NCBI GenBank assembly: GCA_034432055.1
Contig: DAOUCT010000003.1
Location: 75,949-139,948, forward strand
Direction of reading: 5' to 3'
Source of the DNA: Dehalococcoidia bacterium
Lineage (GTDB): Bacteria > Chloroflexota > Dehalococcoidia > GIF9 > UBA5629
Length of the DNA: 64,000 nt
Below the pieces are notes generated by a model. It was not told where the DNA came from and ran no database searches. It saw only the letters and a list, made by a program, of their open reading frames with translations. Of the stretch, positions 56,504 through 64,000 are shown piece after piece. Each line of letters opens with the position of its first letter. Within the stretch, counting starts at the first letter, position 1. Both the position numbers and the translations under genes were made by a program.

Positions 56504-57274
56504 ATGAACATCGTTTACACCAAAGAAGACAGGACCGCTATCATCACTCTGAACCGTCCTGAGGCTCTGAACGCAATCAATCCCGAAATGCTCCGCGAGT
56601 TAAGTGATGTATTCCTGGACTTTAAAGACGACAAGGAGCTCATGGTCTGCATAATCACCGGGGCAGGGGAGAAAGCTTTCTCCATCGGAGCCGATATACA
56701 GACGATGCTGCCTGAAATGAAAAAACTGAGAGCACAACAACAGACGGAGCCGCCCACTATAATGCACGGGCTGACAATATGGAAACCGATGATTGCTGCC
56801 ATAAACGGCGCCTGTCTAGGCGGAGGGCTGGAGTTAGCCCTTGCCTGCGACTTGCGCATTGCTTCTGAAAACGCCACTTTCGGCATGCCAGAGGTAACAC
56901 TGGGACTGATACCGGGCTGGGGAGGGACACAAAGGTTGCCAAGAGCCATCCCACCAGCTAAGGCGGCAGAACTACTGCTTACCGGACGCCCTATCAACGC
57001 TCAAGAGGCTTACAGGATAGGGTTAATCAACAAGGTGGTGCCCTTGCCACAACTTATGTCTACAGCCAGACAGCTAGCCGAGATGGTATGCCGTCCAGCA
57101 CCGCTGGCAATAAGAGCAGCCAAACAAGCTATCATCCAGGGCATAGACCTTTCTCTGGAAGACGGGCTGGCACTGGAAAGAAGCCTGAACGATTTCCTGC
57201 TGACCACAGAAGACTTTGAGGAGGGATGCACGGCTTTCATCGAAAAAAGAAAGCCGGTCTTTAAACAGAAGTAG
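56504..57274 (+). CDS. Enoyl-CoA hydratase/isomerase (crotonase) family protein; possible FabM-like role
   Basis: ITLNRPEALNAI and ACLGGGLELALACDLRIA...FGMPEVTLGLIPGWGGTQRL. I place the start at ATG 56504 behind a ggaggaggt SD. Confidence 0.85.
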   Translation: MNIVYTKEDRTAIITLNRPEALNAINPEMLRELSDVFLDFKDDKELMVCIITGAGEKAFSIGADIQTMLPEMKKLRAQQQTEPPTIMHGLTIWKPMIAAINGACLGGGLELALACDLRIASENATFGMPEVTLGLIPGWGGTQRLPRAIPPAKAAELLLTGRPINAQEAYRIGLINKVVPLPQLMSTARQLAEMVCRPAPLAIRAAKQAIIQGIDLSLEDGLALERSLNDFLLTTEDFEEGCTAFIEKRKPVFKQK

Positions 57275-57465
57275 GTTATACAACCGAGTATAGTAAACGC
57301 AAAGACCGCAACCCGAAGGGCAAGGCAACAGAAAAACCCACAGTCAATACACCTTCCAGCATGCTCCCACCGGACCGTAATGTAGTTATGGTAAGACTTT
57401 GGTTCAGCCACTCTTTGTGATAAAATCCTGATACGGAGTCAACAACGAAGTGAGGTAGAACATTA

Positions 57466-58617
57466 ATGACTGTAAGGAAAATGGTCAAAAACCTGCTTAT
57501 CTATGTGCTAGTTTTGAGCCTTTTAACAAATCTGTTAGGCTGCCTTTTGCTACCTTTTTCCCCACCCATAACTTCACAAACTGAGACGCCTCAGCCAGAG
57601 AATAACCAAATAACAGGAGGAGGTGGCTTGAACCCATCCTGGTCGCCACCCCAAATTAGAAATGAAGTCCCGACACTACCAAACATCGCCGATGTTGTGG
57701 AAAAGATTTACCCTTCAGTAGTAGCTATAACCACAGAGGTCGTGTCACTGGACATATTTCTTACACCACGGAGCCAATCTGGTGCCGGTTCAGGATGGAT
57801 AATAGACAAAGATGGCATCATCGTAACTAACAACCATGTAGTGGAGGGAGCTAAAAAGGTAACTGTAGAACTATACGACGGCAAGATTTTCGAGGTAGAC
57901 CCAAGTAATATATATACAGACCCACTGACCGACCTGGCGGTCATTAAAATTAATGCTACTAACTTACCCGCTGCCCCGGTGGGCGATTCAACAAGGCTGC
58001 GAGTGGGAGATTGGGTAGTCGCCATTGGTAACCCATTGGGTAAGGGGATAAGAGCCAAAGAAGGGACTGTCAGTGGACTCAAGGTCTCACTCGAGGTCGA
58101 CCAAGGACAAACACTGGACGACCTAATCGAGACTTCTGCAGCCATTAACCCTGGCAATAGTGGCGGACCTTTAGTTAATATGAAAGGACAGGTTATAGGG
58201 ATTACCAGTGCTAAAATTGCCGGCGTTGGAGTCGAAGGCATGGGCTATGCTATAAGCACCAATGCCGCCATGCCAATCATCGAACAACTGATAAGAAATG
58301 GATATGTGGTTCGCCCCTGGCTTGGGGTCAGCCTCTACACTGTGGATCGCTATGTCGCCATGGTAAATCGGTTGCCCGTTGACAAGGGGGCTGTAATTAC
58401 ATATGTAGCATCCGGGAGTCCGGCAGAAAAAGCAGGGCTAAAACAACTTGATGTCATAATTCGTTTCAAAGGTAAAGAGGTAAATACAGCCCAGGACGTA
58501 ATTGAGGCGATACACTCCTCAAAAGTCGGGGAGGATATCGAGATAACCTTTGTCAGAGGCAGCGAGACAAAGACTGTTTATGCTCGCCTGACCCAAAGTC
58601 CACCGGTCAGAAGGTAA
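57466..58617 (+). CDS. htrA: HtrA/DegP-family serine protease with one PDZ domain, N-terminal membrane anchor
   Basis: Catalytic triad context TNNHVV, DLAVIK, GNSGGPLVN. C-terminal PDZ (GAVITYVASGSPAEKAGLKQLDVI). Confidence 0.9.
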   Translation: MTVRKMVKNLLIYVLVLSLLTNLLGCLLLPFSPPITSQTETPQPENNQITGGGGLNPSWSPPQIRNEVPTLPNIADVVEKIYPSVVAITTEVVSLDIFLTPRSQSGAGSGWIIDKDGIIVTNNHVVEGAKKVTVELYDGKIFEVDPSNIYTDPLTDLAVIKINATNLPAAPVGDSTRLRVGDWVVAIGNPLGKGIRAKEGTVSGLKVSLEVDQGQTLDDLIETSAAINPGNSGGPLVNMKGQVIGITSAKIAGVGVEGMGYAISTNAAMPIIEQLIRNGYVVRPWLGVSLYTVDRYVAMVNRLPVDKGAVITYVASGSPAEKAGLKQLDVIIRFKGKEVNTAQDVIEAIHSSKVGEDIEITFVRGSETKTVYARLTQSPPVRR

Positions 58618-58629
58618 ATCAATAAAAAG

Positions 58630-61600
58630 TCACACCGTCCAGCGTACTATGCTCAAAATAATCTCGTGCCCAGAGATACGATGTTTTTCAGTGTAACTGC
58701 GCTCCGGTGACGCACCTCTCACCAGCTCTCTTGAAAGAGTTTCCTGTTTTATATAGTCAGCAAACTCACTCACTACTCTATAAATAAAATCGTCACCCTG
58801 ATAATAAGTGACTATAGTATCGGTAACCTCAAATCCGGCTGCGCGGCGCATCGTTTGCAAACGGCGCACTATCTCCCGGCTTATCCCCTCAGCTTCCAAA
58901 TCAGGCGACAGCTCAGTAGCCACAGCCACCCAGCAACCGCCCTCCATAGCCAGGGCAAAACCAGTTTTGTCAGCAAAGCCCCCAGCATCTGAAGAAAACT
59001 CTATTTCCTTGACATTCAACTCATCAAGTATCTGGTAGTCCAGCTTCCTGATAAATTGTCTTTCCATCTCCGACCTAACACCGATTACTGCTTTAGACAG
59101 TGGCTGTCTAACCTTTATGCCGGCTTTCGCCCGGGCAGCACGCCCCAAGCTGCAGACCAGCATAGCAAGAGAAGTAGCATCAATTAAATCTTTGTCAATC
59201 TCAGATAGCTGAGCACTGGGATAATCAGTCAAGTGCACACTTTCTGCGGCTTCTGGATCAACAGAGCGTACCAAATTCTGGTAGATTTCCTCAGCAACAA
59301 ATGGTATAAAAGGAGCCAGGAGCCTGGACAGGGTGACCAGACATCGATAGAGCGTAGTATAAGCAGCTTGCTTGTCGGCATCGTTCTGACTCTTCCAGAA
59401 ACGGCGCCTGCTTCGTCTGACATACCAATTGGAAAGTTCGTCGACAAATATCCCCAGCTTCCGACCTGCAGTAGTGGGGTCATAGCTGTCCAAAGCCGCG
59501 TCAACCTCAAGAATAAGTTGGTTAAGGCGGGAAAGTATCCACCTATCCAAGTCCGACAAAGACACTTCCACATCTGACATTGGGTCAAAACGGTCAATAT
59601 TAGCATACATAACAAAGAAAGAATAGGTATTCCACAGTGTAAGAAGAAAGTTGCGCATAACCTCAGCTACCGCGTCGCTGGAAAAGCGTCGCACATTACC
59701 CGGGGGCGACGAGGTGATCAGGTACCAGCGCAAAGCATCGGCACCGTAACTATCAAGCACAGTCCAGGGGTCGACCACATTCCCTTTAGCTTTGCTCATC
59801 TTCTCGCCCTGCGCATCGAGAATATGCCCCAGACAGATGACATTCCTAAAACTAGGACGGTCAAAAAGCAAAGTAGAAATAGCATGCAAACTATAAAACC
59901 AGCCCCGAGTCTGGTCGACCGCTTCGCAGATATAATCGGCAGGAAAACCCTGCGCGAAAACATCTTGACTCTCAAAGGGATAATGCCACTGCGCAAAAGG
60001 CATAGCTCCCGAGTCAAACCAGCAATCAATCACCTCGGTGAGCCGTCTCATCCTGCCACCACACTGGCTGCAGGAAAACGTGATACCATCCACGAAAGGA
60101 CGATGTAAGTCCAGGGGTTCTATTATACCCTCGATATGTGGCTTAGCTTTTAGGTCAGCTACACTGCCAACACACTCATACTTGCCACACTGCTCACATG
60201 TCCATACATTTAGCGGCGTCCCCCAGTAGCGCTCGCGCGAGAAAGCCCAATCAACATTGTTTTCCAGCCAATTTCCAAAACGCCCGTGCTTGATATATTC
60301 AGGATACCAGTTGATCTCTTCATTTCTGGCAATAAGCACCTTCTTGTGAGCCGAAGTCCTGATATACCAGGCTCTTTTAGCGCAATACAATAGTGGCGAC
60401 TCACATCTCCAGCAGAAAGGATAAGTATGGACTATCCGCTCGCTACGGTAAAGCAAACCACGCGACTCAAGTTCTTTAAGCACCAAGGGGTCAGCGTCTT
60501 TGACAAACTTACCCGTAAACGGATAAGACCCTGTCATACGTCCATCAAGGTCTACAGGCTGTACAAAGTCCAGCCCTTCCTTTTTCCCAGCCTCAAAATC
60601 GACTTCCCCGAACGCAGGGGCGATATGGACTATTCCCGTGCCCTCTTCCATAGATACAAAGCTACCAGCAATAACCGGGTATGTAAGGTTTTTCTCTTCT
60701 GGCTGCAAACTAAGCACTTCATAAGAGGCTGTTTCCTGAGTGTTCTGGACATTAAAGCGTCGCCTTTCTACAGCAAACTGATGGGGATTGAACAAAGGCT
60801 CGTAACGGAGCCCTACAAGTTCAGACCCTAGCACACTGTCTTTTGCCTCGTAGCCACCAAGCCCGATGTCCGATGCCAACGCATCAGCCACAATCAAACA
60901 CTCATTTTCATTGTCCAAAATGCTATACCTCGCATCGGGTGCTACAGCCAATGCAGTGTTGCCAGGCAATGTCCACGGGGTTGTCGTCCAGACAAGGAAA
61001 AAAATAGGTTTATTCACATGAAGCTCACTTAACAGAGAAGAAAACTTGCTGCCTTTCGCTATCGAGTCATAAATAAGTCTAAACTTTATGTAAACAGAAG
61101 GGTCGTCTGCATCATCTCTGTAACCAAGCGCCACTTCATGCGAACTCAATGAGGTGCCGCACCTGGGGCAATGTGGCGTCACTCTATAACCCTGATAAAT
61201 CAACCCCTTGTCCCAAAGCTGTTTTAATGCCCACCAGCAGGACTCGATATAGTTATTATCTAAAGTCTTATAGGCGCTTTTCAGATCGAGCCAAAAGCCA
61301 ATACGTTCTGTCAGAGCTTCCCAGTCCTTGATATAGCTAAAAACGCTCTCACGGCAAAGCCTGTTGAATTCCCCCACACCATATTCCTCTATCTGAGATT
61401 TGCTTGTAATACCGAGGGTCTTCTCTACTTCCAACTCCACAGGCAACCCATGGGTATCCCACCCGGCTTTCCGGGGTGTATAGTATCCCTTCATCGCCTT
61501 ATATCTGGGGATAATATCCTTAAATACACGAGACAGCACATGATGAATACCTGGTTTACCATTAGCAGTGGGTGGACCTTCATAAAGTGTGAACTGAGGA

Positions 61601-61713
61601 GCTCCAGTCCTGATACCTACGCTCTTCTGAAAAATCTGGTGCTCTTTCCAGAAATTAATGATATCACTTTCCAGTTGTGGAAAATTTATTTTGCTATTTA
61701 CCGGGCGAAACAT
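58630..61713 (-). CDS. ileS: Isoleucyl-tRNA synthetase
   Basis: 1027 aa; HIGH-type motif PGIHHVLSR; KMSKAKGN; CxxC zinc knuckles; editing-domain insertion. Confidence 0.95.
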   Translation of the reverse strand: MFRPVNSKINFPQLESDIINFWKEHQIFQKSVGIRTGAPQFTLYEGPPTANGKPGIHHVLSRVFKDIIPRYKAMKGYYTPRKAGWDTHGLPVELEVEKTLGITSKSQIEEYGVGEFNRLCRESVFSYIKDWEALTERIGFWLDLKSAYKTLDNNYIESCWWALKQLWDKGLIYQGYRVTPHCPRCGTSLSSHEVALGYRDDADDPSVYIKFRLIYDSIAKGSKFSSLLSELHVNKPIFFLVWTTTPWTLPGNTALAVAPDARYSILDNENECLIVADALASDIGLGGYEAKDSVLGSELVGLRYEPLFNPHQFAVERRRFNVQNTQETASYEVLSLQPEEKNLTYPVIAGSFVSMEEGTGIVHIAPAFGEVDFEAGKKEGLDFVQPVDLDGRMTGSYPFTGKFVKDADPLVLKELESRGLLYRSERIVHTYPFCWRCESPLLYCAKRAWYIRTSAHKKVLIARNEEINWYPEYIKHGRFGNWLENNVDWAFSRERYWGTPLNVWTCEQCGKYECVGSVADLKAKPHIEGIIEPLDLHRPFVDGITFSCSQCGGRMRRLTEVIDCWFDSGAMPFAQWHYPFESQDVFAQGFPADYICEAVDQTRGWFYSLHAISTLLFDRPSFRNVICLGHILDAQGEKMSKAKGNVVDPWTVLDSYGADALRWYLITSSPPGNVRRFSSDAVAEVMRNFLLTLWNTYSFFVMYANIDRFDPMSDVEVSLSDLDRWILSRLNQLILEVDAALDSYDPTTAGRKLGIFVDELSNWYVRRSRRRFWKSQNDADKQAAYTTLYRCLVTLSRLLAPFIPFVAEEIYQNLVRSVDPEAAESVHLTDYPSAQLSEIDKDLIDATSLAMLVCSLGRAARAKAGIKVRQPLSKAVIGVRSEMERQFIRKLDYQILDELNVKEIEFSSDAGGFADKTGFALAMEGGCWVAVATELSPDLEAEGISREIVRRLQTMRRAAGFEVTDTIVTYYQGDDFIYRVVSEFADYIKQETLSRELVRGASPERSYTEKHRISGHEIILSIVRWTV

Positions 61714-61715
61714 AG

Positions 61716-62363
61716 CTAGCGCTTTTTGGGAAAGATAGCCACCTTGCGCCCCTCACCCTCACCCATGCTTTGAGTGGTAACATCAGGATGATTAGCAAGA
61801 GCAAGATGGATAATGCGTCGCTCGTCCGCTGGCATTGGCTCAAGGGTTATCACCCGTCTTCCTCGTTTCACCTGCTCTGCCAGGCGCAGGGCTAAACTTT
61901 GCAACGAGTCATAGCGGCGTTTTTTATAGCCAGCGATATCGACATTGATTGGCACCCAGATTTTAAGTTTCTCGGACACTATTAGTCTAACCAAATACTG
62001 CAAACAAGCTAGGGTCTGCCCACGTCGTCCTATCAATACCCCCAGGTCATCCCCGTCGATATCAAGGTTTACCGGGAGTTCTCCACCAGTTGAGGAAAGC
62101 ACCGAAACTTCAGCCTTCATCCCCATGTACTTAAGAATGTTAGCCAGCACTTCTTTAGCTACAGCGGCTATGTCTACTTTTGAAGGCTGTGACTGTAAAA
62201 GCCTCACCTTAACCTTAGCTTCCTCTGCACCAACCCCCAATAAGCCAGACCTCCCCTTCTTCAAAACAATTACTTCAACATCTTCCTCATCTGCTCCTAA
62301 TTGGTCTAATGCTTTGCGGATAGCTTCATCTACTGTTTTGCCGCTCACTTCCAGTTCCTTCAT
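61716..62363 (-). CDS. jag: Jag/KhpB-type RNA-binding protein (KH and R3H domains)
   Basis: N-terminal Jag_N-like segment and R3H motif PADERRIIHLAL; located directly downstream of yidC. Confidence 0.85.
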   Translation of the reverse strand: MKELEVSGKTVDEAIRKALDQLGADEEDVEVIVLKKGRSGLLGVGAEEAKVKVRLLQSQPSKVDIAAVAKEVLANILKYMGMKAEVSVLSSTGGELPVNLDIDGDDLGVLIGRRGQTLACLQYLVRLIVSEKLKIWVPINVDIAGYKKRRYDSLQSLALRLAEQVKRGRRVITLEPMPADERRIIHLALANHPDVTTQSMGEGEGRKVAIFPKKR

Positions 62364-63220
62364 CTCCGAAAAAGACCTCCCTTCTTGCTTCCAGCCGCCT
62401 TGGTTAAGACTTTTGATTGTTCAGTCTCTTTACCTAGCATTTTGGACACGGGCTTTGCCTGAGGCTGATCACGAGTAGGCGGCACTTTAGCACCACTTGA
62501 TGGTCTGGCTAAATATCCCCACCCACCACCAACAAAGTACTGAATAACCACACCTACCACATTTGAGACAACCCAATATAATGCTAGCCCGCTCGGAAAA
62601 GAAAGAGTAAAAAGGGCGAACATCAAAGGCATCATCAACAGCGTCATATTATTTACAGATTGTTGCCGGGGGTCAGCCGCTGGTGGTGTTACCATTTTCT
62701 GCTGCACCCACATTGTTGCTCCAACAAGCAAAGCCAGGATCAGATTAGGGTCCGGTTTGGATAGCTGGAGCCACAAAAAACGCTCATTCAAAGGCACCGC
62801 ACGCACCACCAAGTCCCATGAGTAAAGATGCTGAGAGAGATTCAATAAATTCTCCGGAGTAGCCGCCAATGCTTGCATTATGGACTGGTAAAGAGCAATC
62901 CAAATGGGCAACTGAATGAGCAAAGGCCACAAACACCCTAGAGGGTTAACTCCAGCTTCTCGATATAGTTTTACCATCTCCTGCTGCAACTTCTGCTGGT
63001 CTTTCGCGTATTTCTTCTGTAACTCCTGGAGCTTGGGTTGCAACTCCTGCATCACCTTCGTCGAACGGGTCTGCCGGATAGTAAGGGGCAACAAGGCAAT
63101 ACGAACAACCACCGTAAAAACGATAATGGCTAACCCAAAATTCTCACCCAAGACAGAACACAACGCAATCAAGCTATTCAGTATCGGTTCAAGTATTATC
63201 GTATTCCACAGCTCAGCCAT
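62360..63220 (-). CDS. yidC: Membrane protein insertase YidC (short, Gram-positive/monoderm type)
   Basis: 286 aa, 5 TM helices, conserved LPLTIRQTRS and GCLWPLLIQLPIWIALY; basic C-terminal tail. Confidence 0.9.
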   Translation of the reverse strand: MAELWNTIILEPILNSLIALCSVLGENFGLAIIVFTVVVRIALLPLTIRQTRSTKVMQELQPKLQELQKKYAKDQQKLQQEMVKLYREAGVNPLGCLWPLLIQLPIWIALYQSIMQALAATPENLLNLSQHLYSWDLVVRAVPLNERFLWLQLSKPDPNLILALLVGATMWVQQKMVTPPAADPRQQSVNNMTLLMMPLMFALFTLSFPSGLALYWVVSNVVGVVIQYFVGGGWGYLARPSSGAKVPPTRDQPQAKPVSKMLGKETEQSKVLTKAAGSKKGGLFRR

Positions 63221-63227
63221 AATTAGC

Positions 63228-64000
63228 CTACTTCACAACCGATGAAAATTTCCACAGTACTTCGCCCCTCTCTATATCTATACCATAGATACACTTGTCT
63301 CGGGCATGAACATAGACCATGTTGTCCACAGTACAAAGAGGAGCCATAATCTGGGCACCAATAGCAACCGTCTTCTCAAGGCTACCGGTTTCAACTCTGA
63401 GCACATAAACTTTTCCTGATTTCGAGCTTACTACCAGCCGGTCTCCAACCAGAACAGGCGTGGCTATAACAGGTGAATCACAGGTGAACTCCCACAGTGC
63501 TTCACCATGTTCTACAGGCGTGTCAGCCTTTAAGGCATACACTTTCTTATCCAGACAAGCTGCATAAACAGCCCCACCTTTCACCACAGGTGTTGCCCAG
63601 AACCAGTTGCCACCTTTAAATTTCCACTTCACATCGCCATCTGCTGCATCAAGAGCGTAGAGATAGCAATCAAAAGTGCCGAAGAATAATCTATCCCCAG
63701 CAATTACCGGTGATGAAGAAACCGAAGCTGGAAACTCCTTTTCCCACAACAATGTGCCATCACGAACAGACAGAGCATAAAGTTTGTGTCTGTAATTACT
63801 TACATAGAGAACGTCATTCCCAATGGCTGGAGACGTCCATATCTTTCCCCCCGTGTCGAAGACCCAACGTTTCTCGCCATACATAGCGTCTAAAGCATAA
63901 ACTTTCCCGTTTGAACTGCCAAAATACAGCGTACCCTCATATAACACAGGACTACCTACAATAGCACCTATAGATTCTAAACCACCAGGATAAACCCACT
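63228..64000 (-). CDS. PQQ-like beta-propeller repeat protein, C-terminal part; gene continues past the window end
   Basis: Repeated G-x-VYALD/L...G...W blocks (KVYALDAMYGEKRW, KLYALSVRDGTLLW, YLYALDAADGDVKW, KVYALKADT, KVYVLRVETG). The reading frame stays open upstream of the track's GTG at 63947 to the window edge. Confidence 0.8.
   Translation of the reverse strand, partial: WVYPGGLESIGAIVGSPVLYEGTLYFGSSNGKVYALDAMYGEKRWVFDTGGKIWTSPAIGNDVLYVSNYRHKLYALSVRDGTLLWEKEFPASVSSSPVIAGDRLFFGTFDCYLYALDAADGDVKWKFKGGNWFWATPVVKGGAVYAACLDKKVYALKADTPVEHGEALWEFTCDSPVIATPVLVGDRLVVSSKSGKVYVLRVETGSLEKTVAIGAQIMAPLCTVDNMVYVHARDKCIYGIDIERGEVLWKFSSVVK

Overview
This 64-kb window looks like a chromosomal segment. 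Gene content suggests a monoderm, Chloroflexota/Dehalococcoidia-like bacterium, but that is low-confidence inference: surface proteins are anchored by a C-terminal TM helix, the type IV pilus locus has no secretin, and several promoters sit almost on the start codon. I support about 55 protein genes, one tRNA-Pro(GGG), and no rRNA, CRISPR array or obvious mobile element.

Layout, left to right:
- A partial nucleotide-sugar epimerase and a 1169-aa BNR/FN3 surface protein.
- A type IV pilus locus (4.4-16.6 kb). It holds a Zn-ribbon/duplicated-domain protein, pilB, pilC, two minor pilins, a 686-aa PilX-like protein, pilO-like, a pilM-pilN fusion, an inverted major pilin, an E1-like/MoaD-like pair and pilD.
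- A hydrolase and an epimerase.
- The pyrimidine operon pyrR-pyrB-pyrC-carA-carB-pyrK with a PyrR attenuator.
- Two tandem GT4 glycosyltransferases, a QW-motif alpha/alpha protein and a methyltransferase.
- A MacAB-like ABC exporter.
- folE, a flavin reductase, thrC, hom and a parvulin PPIase.
- tRNA-Pro, then a cell-surface cluster: FN3/CARDB-like anchored proteins, two paralogous secreted two-domain proteins and an S8 protease.
- A DAHP synthase.
- A DesK/DesR-like two-component pair, divergent from a fatty-acid operon (acp, two KAS II, fabK, fabD, crotonase).
- htrA, ileS, jag, yidC and a partial PQQ-propeller gene.

Most notable non-catalogue signals:
- A 28-aa leader peptide with WFGFWF, plus competing terminator/antiterminator arms, in front of the DAHP synthase.
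- A cysteine-rich protein with a tandem degenerate nuclease-like domain heading the pilus operon.
- A hairpin repeat family in five intergenic clusters.
- A promoter-to-terminator leader RNA in front of the surface-protein operon.
- A triple TACCCCG heptamer between the two-component system and the fatty-acid operon.
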